From an uncultured archaeon (GTDB lineage: Archaea > Asgardarchaeota > Lokiarchaeia > Sigyniarchaeales > SOKP01): a stretch of DNA of 64,000 nucleotides. This document shows, piece by piece, positions 50,524 through 61,703 of the stretch. Every line of letters starts with the position of its first letter. The stretch's first letter is position 1. The translations under genes were made by a program, and so were the position numbers. The stretch is from positions 1 through 64,000 of the forward strand of contig CAYLZE010000002.1 in assembly GCA_964388035.1 (NCBI GenBank), read 5' to 3'. The notes below the pieces were generated by a model. That model was not told where the DNA came from. It saw only the letters and a list, made by a program, of their open reading frames with translations, and did not search any database.

Positions 50524-51084
50524 GTGATTATTATGGCAATCATGTCAGAAGAAGTTATTTTTCATGGTTTAAATCATCAAATTAGACGTGAAATCTTATA
50601 TATCTTAAATAATAGTCCTAAAACATTCTCCGAATTACTAAATTATTTTGATATCTCTTCGGGGAAATTAGATTATCATTTAAAGCAGATCAAGGGATTT
50701 ATAAAGAAAAATGATAAAAACACTTATGAATTAACCATCTTAGGAAATAAAGCCCTCGAAATCTTATCATCAATTCGGAAAGAACTTACGTATAATGAGC
50801 GTGGTTTATTGAAAGAGGCGTATATCTCTCAAATAGAGAGCTCGCGCCCCATAATCCTCCAAGGGATCAATCTGGGGATAGGTGGTATTGCGTTTATTAT
50901 GGGAATCACAATATTTTTGATAATCGTATTCATACTGGTTCAAGATTCTCCAATATTCGTATGGCCTATCCTCATAACTATGTTAGCGGGTGAAACTATA
51001 GGCTTAATCTGGACGTTTCGCTTGAGAAAGGCAGCACCTGTTTTCATGGACCGAATTAGTAAACATTTAATGAATGGAGATTAA
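50524..51084 (+). CDS. ArsR-like wHTH regulator with two C-terminal TM helices
   Basis: LNHQIRREIL...TFSELL...SSGKLDYHLKQI...YELTILG; two hydrophobic helices. Confidence 0.85.
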   Translation: MIIMAIMSEEVIFHGLNHQIRREILYILNNSPKTFSELLNYFDISSGKLDYHLKQIKGFIKKNDKNTYELTILGNKALEILSSIRKELTYNERGLLKEAYISQIESSRPIILQGINLGIGGIAFIMGITIFLIIVFILVQDSPIFVWPILITMLAGETIGLIWTFRLRKAAPVFMDRISKHLMNGD

Positions 51085-51359
51085 AAATATCTTAAAATAC
51101 TTAATTTTATAAAATTACTTTTTTTTCCTTAATATTCTCGATAGAAAAAGATCTAAACAAAACTTATCTCCATGTTATTTTATAATGATCCAAGCGGAAA
51201 TTTGAGGGAAAGTTTTAGTATAAAAAGGTAAAGGTAAAAAGAAAAAAATAAGACCGAGGGGTTCAAAAAATTAAAAAAGTTACTAAGTTATAAATACATC
51301 AATAGATAATTCCTTTTTAAGTGTGAATTATAATTATATTTTTTATAAAATCAGAAAGT

Positions 51360-52157
51360 ATGAATATTAAAGAACTTCTGATTCCAAGGAGTATTGGTGG
51401 TACTCTTAGTGCCATTCAATACTTTTCTTCTAAATCTCCTCCAAGTTCTATCAAGGGGAAAGCTCCCTTGTTAATATCATGTCATGGGTTTACGGGCGAT
51501 AAATATGAAGTGGAACGGTTTCCTAAAGTATCTAAGGCCTTCAATCAAGAGGGCTTTGATACGCTCATTTTTGACTTTTCTGGCTCGGGAGAAAATCCTA
51601 GAGAAGTTGTGACTCTTTCCAAGCAAGTTAGAGATTTGAAAGATGTACATGATTGGGCTGAAAAGCAAGAATATACGTGGATTGCATTATTAGGGTTGTC
51701 TTTTGGAGGTTTAACTTCAGTTGCTGCAAATTTATCTGATATTAAGGCCATGATCTTATGGGCTCCCGTATTAGATTATCATGAAACCTTTGAAAATGAA
51801 AATTTAAATCTCTTTAAAGCTTTAGATAATCTTTGGAAACGACCTTTAAAATTACCTACTTCTGGAAAAGGGGGAAAAATATTAGTAGATAAAAGTTTTT
51901 CTGAGGATCTCTTAAAGCATGATGTGAAATCCTTATTAAAAAAACAAAACATACCAACTTTGATAATTCAAGGAACAAATGATTCCGTTGTTAAACTTGA
52001 GACTACAAGAAGTGCTTTCAAGTTGTTTCCTCGAGATGATTTACACGTTTTAGTGGAAGTAGAAGGAGCAACCCATGATTTTAATAATAAGCATTTAGAC
52101 CAATTCATTGCAATTTCGATTAATTGGATGACCAAAATCATGAATATTGCTACATGA
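51360..52157 (+). CDS. Alpha/beta hydrolase
   Basis: HGFTG, GLSFG nucleophile elbow, QGTND, GATH. Confidence 0.9.
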   Translation: MNIKELLIPRSIGGTLSAIQYFSSKSPPSSIKGKAPLLISCHGFTGDKYEVERFPKVSKAFNQEGFDTLIFDFSGSGENPREVVTLSKQVRDLKDVHDWAEKQEYTWIALLGLSFGGLTSVAANLSDIKAMILWAPVLDYHETFENENLNLFKALDNLWKRPLKLPTSGKGGKILVDKSFSEDLLKHDVKSLLKKQNIPTLIIQGTNDSVVKLETTRSAFKLFPRDDLHVLVEVEGATHDFNNKHLDQFIAISINWMTKIMNIAT

Positions 52158-52201
52158 TTGGTTGCTTAATTTGATAAAAAAAAGGGATTAAGAGTAATAT
52201 T

Positions 52202-53431
52202 TTAGTGCTCTTCCGTTAGATAATGCAAGGCCGTGAGTGCAAATAATTTGGTAGTATTCATTAAGTCCTCAACATGTACAAACTCATCCTGCGCGTGAAC
52301 ATTATTATCCCCTCGGGATGATCCAATCAAAATAGTTTCAATTCCTCGTTCTTGAAACCAATGAGCATCCGTGGATGGTAAGAAGAGCTTGAATTCTCTC
52401 TCTTCTTTAAATGCCGCTTTTGTAGCATTTTTAACCGCTCGTGCAAAAGGGGATTTCTCATCAATTACTTGAGGCTCGAACACTACGGGCATCTGAACTG
52501 TAATGTCTAAATAGGGATCTTCCTTTTTTAATTTTTCAACATGCTCCAGTATTCTTGACTGTATGCTCGCCACATCTTGTTCTGGAATGGTATTAATACT
52601 GCAATGCATGAAACACTTATCTGGCACGGTGGTAATCTTGTTCCCACCATGGATTTCTGCGATATTAATACTGCTAACGGCAGCATTCCACCCAGGAGGT
52701 AACGAATATTTTGTTTCCTTCTTTAAAAATTCTTGCTTGAGTTCTAATAAGAAATTCTGTATTTTCACCATTTTTTCAATTGCATTTATACCTGAATGTT
52801 CATTACGATAAGGAGAGGGTAAATCAGGAAATCCCAATCCATGAGCTTGTTTTCCTTTGATAGTAAAGGTAATATACATGGTGCCACCGCAATAGCCAAA
52901 GGGATAATCACAAGGAGCATCTCCCAGTAGACAAGCATCCCCATTAATGAATTGTTTATCCAGGAGATAATCCACCCCTCTATAACCTCCCGTTTCTTCA
53001 TCGACCGCAGCCGTAAGAATCAATTTTCCCTTTAATTTAGTAGTTTGTTCCAATAATGCTTTAGTCGCAAAGATTTCTGCAGTCACGCTGGATTTATCAT
53101 CTGAAGAACCACGACCATAAATTTTCCCATCCACTAACTCTCCTCCAAAGGGATCTTTACTCCAACCTCCAAATGCTTCTACCGTATCTAAATGTCCATA
53201 AAGTATGAGGGTGGGACCTTTATCCCCTTTAATTTCTCCAATAACATTATCCCTTTTCACGCTTGAATCTAAACCTAATTCTTTAAAAATTGTCAAAATA
53301 TAATTTGAAAGCTCTTTATATTTTCGAGGAGGATTTTCAGAAGGGATTTGTATTATTTTTTGATGAAAAGCAATAATTTCCTCCTGCATTTCATCTATAC
53401 GCTTCAATATCTTTTGCTCTAACTCATTCAT
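52202..53431 (-). CDS. M20 family metallopeptidase/deacylase (DapE/ArgE-like)
   Basis: GHLDTV, GRGSSDDK, DEETG, AHG, VHAQDE. Confidence 0.92.
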   Translation of the reverse strand: MNELEQKILKRIDEMQEEIIAFHQKIIQIPSENPPRKYKELSNYILTIFKELGLDSSVKRDNVIGEIKGDKGPTLILYGHLDTVEAFGGWSKDPFGGELVDGKIYGRGSSDDKSSVTAEIFATKALLEQTTKLKGKLILTAAVDEETGGYRGVDYLLDKQFINGDACLLGDAPCDYPFGYCGGTMYITFTIKGKQAHGLGFPDLPSPYRNEHSGINAIEKMVKIQNFLLELKQEFLKKETKYSLPPGWNAAVSSINIAEIHGGNKITTVPDKCFMHCSINTIPEQDVASIQSRILEHVEKLKKEDPYLDITVQMPVVFEPQVIDEKSPFARAVKNATKAAFKEEREFKLFLPSTDAHWFQERGIETILIGSSRGDNNVHAQDEFVHVEDLMNTTKLFALTALHYLTEEH

Positions 53432-53715
53432 AATACTGATAATAATTTCAATTAATTTTTTGTATTAATTAAAATAAATCAACGAATAATTATATATTCT
53501 TTAGACGAGTTTGTTCTAAAACGATATCGATTGCGAATCAATTAGTTAGAATTAATGTTCTTTAGAAAAATAATTAATTTTCTCAGTAGGGAAAATTCTC
53601 CCCATAATTAAAAGAAACTTAATTGATTTGGGGAAAATGGTAAATTGGCTGTTTGAAATTATCATTTAATCTTATAATAATAATAAAAAAATTGTTTTTT
53701 ATCTTCTGCATAGGG

Positions 53716-53934
53716 ATTATTATCCCTTCACGATGCTCCAATTAAAATGGTTTCAATTTCTCGTTCTTGAAACCATTAAGCATCTGTAAAAGGTAAAAAG
53801 AGCTTAAATTCTCTCTCTTTATTAAATACTGCTTTCGTCGCATTTTTAACCGCTTGAGCAAACGGAAAATTCTCATCAATTACTTGAGACTCGAACACCA
53901 CGAGCGTTTGAACTTTAAGATCTAAATATAGGGA
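53716..53934 (-). pseudogene. Degenerate duplicate of the M20 gene, C-terminal part
   Basis: Nucleotide match to about 52301-52518; His codon changed to TAA. Confidence 0.85.
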
Positions 53935-54153
53935 CCACCAGGCTGCCGTATTCTTAAGCTCAATTAGAAGAATTTCGAAAATACTTAAAAAATAAATATA
54001 AAAAAGATCCGACGTGGAACCTTTACTTTTCTAAGAAATAAATTGCTTTTCCTTCCATTGAATAAAATAAGGACCATAGGTTTACTAAAATTTTTATTTT
54101 ATATTATAGCTAAAATTTTTTTGATTTAGATTATTAATTTAGTTAAATTACTC

Positions 54154-55047
54154 ATGCCCCGAATAATGAAAGTCATAAAAGGTCCCTTGAGCTCAGCGAG
54201 GTTTGTTACGTTTTTTCGTGCCTGTTCTTATAAGGAGAAGAATGAATTTTTACATAGTGCAGATAATTATGCTCAACAATTCATAAGTACTTTAGGACGA
54301 TTAGCTTTATGGTTTTCTCCAATTATTATTCCGATCATTAAAAAGTCGGCTCTTGGCTCATATGATTGGATAGTTGCACGTACTTTATATTTGGATCATA
54401 TTATGGGAAAAGCTCAAGAATTGAATTTTGAGCAGATAGTCATTTTAGGGGCAGGATTTGATAGTCGATCTTTAAGATTTGGGAAAAATTTGAACACTTT
54501 CCCGTTTTTTGAAGTGGATTTATGTCAAACTCAACTTGAGAAAATAAAAGCGTTAAAAAATAAAAAAATATTAATTCCTCTTAATTTACATTTTGTTTCC
54601 GTCGATTTTAACTCTCAAAAACTTGATGTAGAACTATTTAAAAGTGGATTTAAGAAAGATGCTAAAAACCTATTTATATGGGAAGGTGTAACCAGATATT
54701 TAACTCAAGAAGGCATAGACGCTACTCTTAAATCTATCCATTCAATATCAGCGACTGGTAGTGAAGTTGCTTTAACATATCATATACGATATCAAAGTAA
54801 GAAAGAAAATAAAAAATTAAGAAAAAGTGAAAAATATATAAAAAAATGGATTAGAAGAAGGGGAACATCGTTTGATTTTAGTTTGGAGGAAAATGAAATA
54901 AAAAATTTCCTTCGTGATCGTGGTTTTAGACTTCTTGAAAATAAGATGGCTCAAGATTTGGATGAGTTATACTTTAAAAAGGCAAATGGAAAGTTTGCGG
55001 GGCATGTTACACTTCACAGCGCTATAGCTCTTGTAGAAGTTTTATAA
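54154..55047 (+). CDS. LCM-family SAM-dependent methyltransferase
   Basis: ARTLYLD, QIVILGAGFDSR, FEVD, WEGVTRYL. Confidence 0.9.
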   Translation: MPRIMKVIKGPLSSARFVTFFRACSYKEKNEFLHSADNYAQQFISTLGRLALWFSPIIIPIIKKSALGSYDWIVARTLYLDHIMGKAQELNFEQIVILGAGFDSRSLRFGKNLNTFPFFEVDLCQTQLEKIKALKNKKILIPLNLHFVSVDFNSQKLDVELFKSGFKKDAKNLFIWEGVTRYLTQEGIDATLKSIHSISATGSEVALTYHIRYQSKKENKKLRKSEKYIKKWIRRRGTSFDFSLEENEIKNFLRDRGFRLLENKMAQDLDELYFKKANGKFAGHVTLHSAIALVEVL

Positions 55048-55099
55048 TTCATTTTGCAATTAAATAATCATCTAATACTAGAGTTAATTAACTAAAAAT

Positions 55100-55230
55100 T
55101 AATTTGAAATTTCTTTCTATTTTCGAGGAGGATTTTCGGAAGAGATTTGTATTATTTTTTGATGAAATGAAACAATTTCCTTCGGCATTTCATTCATTAT
55201 TTTTATTATTTTTTGCTCTAACTCCTTCAA
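55100..55230 (-). pseudogene. Degenerate duplicate of the M20 gene, N-terminal part (similarity continues through upstream DNA to about 55325)
   Basis: Nucleotide match to about 53301-53431 (TTTTCGAGGAGGATTTTC...TTTTGCTCTAACTC). Confidence 0.85.
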
Positions 55231-55570
55231 AGTATTAACAATATTTTCAGATTTTTTATATTAATAAACGATAAATCAATGAGAATTATATAATTCGTTG
55301 GATGGGTTTTTTCTAAAGAGATCTCGTCCGTGATTATATCTTTGAATCTCATATTTTTTCAAAGAATATCAATTATTTACCTATGACTGTAACTCTCTCT
55401 TTAGTAACTAACAAAATGAAATTCAGGTGTTTTGGGAAGATGATATATCATATGATTGTGGAATTTTATCTATAATTTATTCTGCTTTATATTGCTCAAA
55501 ATATATAAAAAAAGAACGAGAGAATGTAATAAAAAAAGTAAAAATAGTATTTACAAATTTAAAGCATTAT

Positions 55571-57151
55571 TTACCATACAATATTCGCTATTACGTCTTT
55601 AGCCTTGTCCGCCTCTTTCTGCTTTAAGATCTTTTTGATCCGGAGATCATTTATCGCATCTTCAAGTAACGTGTCAAGATTTTTCATTTCTATTAAATTA
55701 GCTTCTTGACTTTGATTTTCAACCAGATCAACCATTGGAGGGAATTTATTCATGAGATCCCGGATTTTATCTCGAAACCCATCCGTGATTTTATTGTGAA
55801 GCACTCTGTCTTTTTCGATCATCACGGGAAATACTGGGGCTCTTTCTACGCTTTTTTTAGTATCGGGATTAACGAACAAGAAAATGAAAATCGGGATGCC
55901 TACTACGATATTCTTAGTTTTTATTTCTAGAGTATAATTTTGCAAGAATTGTTGCATGCTACTTAAATCGGCGTCCTTAATCGTTTCAATATTGTTTAAA
56001 CACGACTGCTTTTCTTCACGGATTTTCACGACAATATCTTCCGTGGTAGCCACTTCACTACTCAAATTACTGTGCTTTTCCTCAATTTGTTTTTGAACAT
56101 CATATATTTTCGATTCTAAATTCGATATTTTCTGCTTGTGAACCTTCTCTGCCTGATATAGTTCATTATCCAGATTTTTCTTTAATTGATTAATTTCTGT
56201 CTTATAACGATCAATAGAGCTACCTAAATTCCTATATTGAAGATCCACATTACTCATAGCTTCATCAAAAAGGAATAGATTTTGCTTACTAACTGCATTC
56301 TTTAGCTTATCTATAGCTGCCTTCAACGTATTAAGATCATTTAATAAATCTCCTGTCTTATCATTTATTTTATATTTTCCTGTAGCAAGTAATTCATTTC
56401 GATCTTTTTCGATCTTTTTTTCCTTTTCTGCTTGAAGTTCCTTGTTCAGTACTGCTAATTGCTTTTCCTCTTCACGCGTATCTACTTTAGAAGCCCTTAA
56501 CTCTCCTGATCTTTGCGACATTTTGGATATCCATTGGTCACATAGTGAAGAAATTTGATCTTTATAATTATCAAGCATTTTGATATCTTTTAAGTCTACA
56601 AAATCTTGGATCTCTTGAACAATTTTAATTTGATCAACACTTTTTGCGATAGGTTCTCCTTCAAGAATGAAATATTTTTCACCAAGTGCGTTTAAATTAT
56701 ACATGTTAAAGAAAAAATTCTTAAAATAATCAACCTCGTTTGCATTAAAGAGCGCTTCTTGTACTACCGTATTTCTCTTATAATTTTTACTTTTCGCTAA
56801 GTAATTAGAGTTATAGGATCTTAGGGCATCCAAAAAGGAATTCGCATCTGCCGCTTTTATGACGTTTTCTGGAGGAGGAGGGGAAACGGAAAAAGTTCCT
56901 ACATTCAACTTTTCTACTTTATTTAATAAATAGCTACACACGCATGCACGAGTATCCGTCAATGGGATAAGTCGTACAGGCCAAAAACTCATTGCTATTC
57001 TATTGATTTTTCCCATTTTTTTTATTTTCTTCCCATAAATGCCAAGACACTCAATTAATGCCATCCCAATTTCATTGAGCAGCGTTCCTTTACTGCGTGC
57101 AGGGCTGGGCTCGCCAATGTTGATTAAGAAGGGAACAATTTGATCAACCAT
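55571..57151 (-). CDS. Hypothetical protein with long central coiled coil
   Basis: 526 aa; globular ends (FWPVRLIP; GIPIFIF) around heptad-rich core; GGTGA SD upstream. Confidence 0.8.
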   Translation of the reverse strand: MVDQIVPFLINIGEPSPARSKGTLLNEIGMALIECLGIYGKKIKKMGKINRIAMSFWPVRLIPLTDTRACVCSYLLNKVEKLNVGTFSVSPPPPENVIKAADANSFLDALRSYNSNYLAKSKNYKRNTVVQEALFNANEVDYFKNFFFNMYNLNALGEKYFILEGEPIAKSVDQIKIVQEIQDFVDLKDIKMLDNYKDQISSLCDQWISKMSQRSGELRASKVDTREEEKQLAVLNKELQAEKEKKIEKDRNELLATGKYKINDKTGDLLNDLNTLKAAIDKLKNAVSKQNLFLFDEAMSNVDLQYRNLGSSIDRYKTEINQLKKNLDNELYQAEKVHKQKISNLESKIYDVQKQIEEKHSNLSSEVATTEDIVVKIREEKQSCLNNIETIKDADLSSMQQFLQNYTLEIKTKNIVVGIPIFIFLFVNPDTKKSVERAPVFPVMIEKDRVLHNKITDGFRDKIRDLMNKFPPMVDLVENQSQEANLIEMKNLDTLLEDAINDLRIKKILKQKEADKAKDVIANIVW

Positions 57152-57572
57152 GTAGAATCACCTTAAATTATTAAAATAGCTAATATAATTAAGTTTTGCT
57201 ATGGGTAAAATTTTTAGATGTCGTCGATTTCTTTTTTAATTTATCTTTAAAGATAAATTTATTCATCTTTTCCGTCCTCTTTTTAATTATTTTGAACATG
57301 GAATAAGAATCAAATATGGTTAAAATAGAGAAAAGGAGTGAGAATCTTCTAATTTCAACAAAATCTTTCTATAGACTTGCTAGAATTAAAAAAAGATATT
57401 ATTCTAAATTTGATTTTTAATCATATTTGAAAGAAACTTTTATAAATTTGAAATTAATCAAGATACTCGTATAAGTGCTGCATTACATCTATAGATTAAT
57501 CTTTATAGGTTTAGAGGTCTAGAGAAATAACAATTTTCTCCTCACTATCCAAAAAATTCCGTTTCAATTATA

Positions 57573-57868
57573 TTGGCGGGGATTTCCGTGATCTTTCCCA
57601 TAATTTTAATGATTGTTGTTGTTTTTAATGGGATAGTTCATTTGGTTTCTATTTTAAGAACCGAAAATATAATCCCGGATTAGTTGTTAACGTAATAGGA
57701 AATCTTCCATTAGGGTTATATGTATTGATTGGATTATGCTTAACTGGTATGGCTTCCAGCATCGAATTAATTATTGGTGTACTAATCAGTTCCGTTCTTA
57801 ATCTGCTTTTACTTGTTCTTCTTTTTTCTAGAAGAAGAAAAGGAGCTATAAATAGAAATAAATCCTAA
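57573..57868 (+). pseudogene. HXXEE-family membrane protein C-terminal remnant, frameshifted
   Basis: ...VFNGIVHLVSILRT / frameshift / YNPGLVVNVIGNLPLGLY...; N-terminus absent. Confidence 0.6.
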
Positions 57869-57989
57869 ACTGAGAAAAAAAAAATAATGGAGGGGAGGTT
57901 GGAATAACCATCCATAAATTCAAAATTAATTTTTATTAATTATTGCTATCTTTTAATTCCACATTAAATCATCAATTTTGACGATTAAA

Positions 57990-58499
57990 TTACTTAACGA
58001 ATTCAAATCTAAATGTTCTATAACATTTGCCTTCAGAGACCATCATGCACCCATTTACTTGGGGATCTACCTTATAATTTAATCTTAATTCTTCGAACCA
58101 TCCCTTTAATCTTTCAAATATTCCACATTCATATTGTTCTATCACCCCTATCCTCTTTACTCCGTCATATGCAAAGCAGTTATTCATCGTAAATTTTAAG
58201 ATATTAAATTCAGGAAATTCATATTCAAAGTCCATAAACTTAGCTTTAACCACTTTAAACAGGGTATTTGCAAATTCTTTAAATTCTGAAAAGGATTGAA
58301 TTTTTTCGACACTCAAAGCAGCCATTATTCTCCTAAGTTCAACTTTTGCCATGGAACGTACTGCTGCTTTATTTATTTTATTTGCTTTTTCAATACCACA
58401 TTCCTGCAGGCAATGCAAAAACCACATCCCATCATGCGTCATCCAATTTTTAAATAAGAGTTCTCTTAATTCATCTTCCTCTAAAACTCTTAGGCTCAT
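57990..58499 (-). CDS. DUF6125/V4R-like protein
   Basis: WMTHDGMWF, NCFAY, YECG, C-x5-C; ATG 58499 overlaps the upstream stop (ATGA). Confidence 0.75.
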   Translation of the reverse strand: MSLRVLEEDELRELLFKNWMTHDGMWFLHCLQECGIEKANKINKAAVRSMAKVELRRIMAALSVEKIQSFSEFKEFANTLFKVVKAKFMDFEYEFPEFNILKFTMNNCFAYDGVKRIGVIEQYECGIFERLKGWFEELRLNYKVDPQVNGCMMVSEGKCYRTFRFEFVK

Positions 58500-59020
58500 T
58501 CCTTCCATCTTTTCACATTCACCAGAATGTTGCATTCTTTATCTCCCTCCTTGAGGCAGGTTAAACATTCTTCTTTCACGCGTAGCCCTAAAGCTTTATA
58601 CCATCCTTGTCGCATTGCAAAACATCCACATTCATAAAATTCAGTCACTCCAATGCTTTTTATTTGATCAATAACAGCACATTTTTTTATAACTGCTAAG
58701 AGTTGCATATCCGTGTTTTTTTTAAATTCATATAACATTATAGGAGAGGGATAATAGAAGTCTACTGCCGCGGAACAAATATCCATGAATTCCTCAGGGC
58801 TCCTTATATCTTCTATACTAAGTGCATTTTTCAAGCGAAACATCATTGTTTTTCCCATTTCCGTGATAATCTGCTTATTTAATTTATTTGCTTCTTCCCA
58901 ACCAAATCGTTGCACGATAGTCATTTGATATTTCGCATCATGGGACATCCAATTTTTTCTCAATATTTCGATTTTCTTTTTATCACTTAATTGGTCGGAT
59001 AATTTTATAGGAACATTCAT
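58496..59020 (-). CDS. DUF6125/V4R-like protein
   Basis: WMSHDAKY, KCAV, YECGC, CLKEGDKEC. Confidence 0.75.
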   Translation of the reverse strand: MNVPIKLSDQLSDKKKIEILRKNWMSHDAKYQMTIVQRFGWEEANKLNKQIITEMGKTMMFRLKNALSIEDIRSPEEFMDICSAAVDFYYPSPIMLYEFKKNTDMQLLAVIKKCAVIDQIKSIGVTEFYECGCFAMRQGWYKALGLRVKEECLTCLKEGDKECNILVNVKRWKE

Positions 59021-59116
59021 GATCTAGATCATTATTTTTGCTTTTAAATTGATTTCCGATCCAATTCAACCTTTTTTTAGTGTTAAATTTTAAAATTAGA
59101 GAAGGAGCCATTTCCC

Positions 59117-59302
59117 TTACGATCGTTCGATTTCTTTCATCTGCTCTACGATCTCCGGGATAATGTTCAAGGTAGCAGTCCTGCAGAGCATAAATTCCTC
59201 ATCTCCTATAAAGAGTTGTGACCGATCTAGAATCAGCTTTATCGTTAGTACTTCACGTCCATTCTGGTCCCGAACGGAAAACTGCCGCTTTATTTCGCTC
59301 AT
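59117..59302 (-). CDS. Small hypothetical protein
   Basis: 61-aa ORF with ATG and coding-like composition. Confidence 0.5.
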   Translation of the reverse strand: MSEIKRQFSVRDQNGREVLTIKLILDRSQLFIGDEEFMLCRTATLNIIPEIVEQMKEIERS

Positions 59303-59515
59303 TTTTTATCCTAAAAAAAAATTTGTATTGTAAAAACAATATTCCATTGGCATTTTAAATTTTAGGGTGTTCCGAGTTTTTTGGTTTTTGAACTTATTTA
59401 TCATGTTAAGAAGTACATATAAACAAATACAAGAAGAGGTTCTTGAAAGATTCAAGAGATCTTGACTTCTACGGAAACCATTTTTCCATGTACTAAAAAA
59501 AATAATATAGCCATC

Positions 59516-60406
59516 TCAAATGTCCATATACTCGAATGTCCATATATTTAAGTATTTATCACGAAGGTTTTTTGCTAGCAATGGATCATTTAAACTAATG
59601 CAAGATAAGATTCTTGAGGGATTTAAGGGATCTTGAACTTTAAGTAATACTCTTTTTCCATCAAGAATGTCAAATAACGTGGTCATTCGGGCTGAATAAA
59701 ATTTCATTTTAATTAAGGAAGAATCTTTGGATAAATTCATTAACTCATAAAATTTATTAACGATCTTAAAATAAAGTGCTTTATCATGGTCCAATTCTTC
59801 TGCTTTTAATGGTCTCTCATCATGTTGAGTAGTCCATAAAATTTTAACGTTAATACCACGCTCAGCAACCTCCAGAATTCCTTTAAATAAATTTATTCCT
59901 CGTGTCATTATTTTGGGAGTGTTTTTATCAATGAAATAATAAAGTAACAATTCTTCTTTTAAATCAAAAAAGTATCGTAAATACATAGAAAAAATAGACT
60001 GATAACCATATACTGTTGTCCAAAAAGGTTCAATTTCTCCGATATTTTTTTTTATCTCACTCAAATGGTGTAATCTAGCTTCCAACACATCGGCTTCATT
60101 TTTTAAAATTTCTGTTTTTTTATTATGGATATTATCTAAATAGGAAATTAAATTGCTTATGGCGGTAGTAAATTTAAAAGCTTTATAGAACTTAGGATGA
60201 GAAGGAATGATTTGAATCATGGTTTTATCACTTAATTGAGTTAATACCTCGTAAATTCTGCCGATTGGAATATTGGATTGTTGACTTAAATCTCTTGCAG
60301 ATAATTCATTAAACCGTAATAAAGTTAAATAGGCTTTTATCTCATAAGAAGATAATTTAATCGATTTTAACAATCGTTTAATTTCGGAAAGTGTTTCTTT
60401 TGACAT
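59516..60406 (-). CDS. TrmB-family transcriptional regulator
   Basis: LSSYEIKAYLTLL...SARDLS...IPIGRIYEVL...PKFYKA; PLD-like effector domain (ILDGKRV). Confidence 0.9.
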   Translation of the reverse strand: MSKETLSEIKRLLKSIKLSSYEIKAYLTLLRFNELSARDLSQQSNIPIGRIYEVLTQLSDKTMIQIIPSHPKFYKAFKFTTAISNLISYLDNIHNKKTEILKNEADVLEARLHHLSEIKKNIGEIEPFWTTVYGYQSIFSMYLRYFFDLKEELLLYYFIDKNTPKIMTRGINLFKGILEVAERGINVKILWTTQHDERPLKAEELDHDKALYFKIVNKFYELMNLSKDSSLIKMKFYSARMTTLFDILDGKRVLLKVQDPLNPSRILSCISLNDPLLAKNLRDKYLNIWTFEYMDI

Positions 60407-60745
60407 GCAAGATCTTAAAAAATATATTAAAAAAAAGGTTTATATATTTTAATTCTATTATGAGAAAAAGAAGAATTCTAGATATCTGGAGATTTCAACC
60501 TTTTTTTTGGTTTAACCTTCCTCGAAAACATTAGAAAAATTAATTGCCCTTGTTTTTCCTTCGGTATCAATTCTTATTTTTTGATTCCTCATATTAGGAT
60601 ATTTAAAGCTAACAGAGAAAAAATAGACATTATTAATAATTTCAAGCAAAATTTATTTTATCCAAAAAACAAGATTTAAATGTTATTAATATGGAAATTC
60701 AAGTAATAGTTAACCAAATAAAAGAATAAAAAAAGGTGATTTTAA

Positions 60746-61567
60746 GTGGTTGAAAAATTTTTAGAAGGTAAAGGAGCCGTGATCACGGGCGGTGCTTCAG
60801 GCTTCGGTAGAGGCGTGGGATATGCTTTTGCAGAACGAGGTGCTGACGTGATATTAGTAGATATTAATAAAGAGTTATTAGAAGAGACAGCTAAAAACAT
60901 CGCAGCTAAACATGGAAGAAAAGTAATTCCGATTGTATGTGATGTTTCTCAATCGGATCAAGTAGATGCCATGGTAAAACAAGCGTCAAAAGAATTAGAC
61001 AACATCTTCTTTTTATTTAACAATGCTGGTATAGGGCTTTCTTATGGGAAAAATATCGTTCGCATAAAGGAGGATGATTGGGATAAAATAATGGGAGTTA
61101 ATTTGAAGGGGCAATGGTTAGTGGCTAAAGCGTTTTGGAGAAAACTCAAATCGAATAATTTTGAGCCAATTGCCGGAAAAATAGTATGTACTGCTTCTAT
61201 AGCGGGTATGGTAGTAGATCCCAAGCTTCCGGATTATAGTATTACCAAAGCAGGGGTGATCGCTTTAACTCAGCTTCTTGCAAAAACTTTGGCTCCTAAA
61301 GTAACGGCAAACGCAATTGCCCCGGGATTTCATGTCACGGGCATTTATTTAAATCGAAGAGAAGATATGAAATTGACTTATCTCGATGGAAATGTCAAGA
61401 CACCTTTAAGTAGATTTGGCACGGTAGAAGATGTAGTGAATGTAGTTGTTTTCTTGGCATCTCCCAGTTCTGATTTCATTACGGGACATATCTTTCCCGT
61501 AGATGGTGGAATAGCAGAAGTCGGGGTTCCCCCCAATGATATTTCCGATTCCATATATGATGAATAA
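60746..61567 (+). CDS. Short-chain dehydrogenase/reductase
   Basis: TGGASGFG, NNAG, YSITK, ITGHIFPVDGG. Confidence 0.95.
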   Translation: MVEKFLEGKGAVITGGASGFGRGVGYAFAERGADVILVDINKELLEETAKNIAAKHGRKVIPIVCDVSQSDQVDAMVKQASKELDNIFFLFNNAGIGLSYGKNIVRIKEDDWDKIMGVNLKGQWLVAKAFWRKLKSNNFEPIAGKIVCTASIAGMVVDPKLPDYSITKAGVIALTQLLAKTLAPKVTANAIAPGFHVTGIYLNRREDMKLTYLDGNVKTPLSRFGTVEDVVNVVVFLASPSSDFITGHIFPVDGGIAEVGVPPNDISDSIYDE

Positions 61568-61703
61568 TTTTTTTGATGTAATTAGAATATAGTTATTTTT
61601 TTTATTTTTTTTATAATAGTATTACTATAAAAATTCAAAATAATAAATAATCGAACAAATTAAAATCATAATTGAATAATTATAAGACATATTGAATCAA
61701 AAT

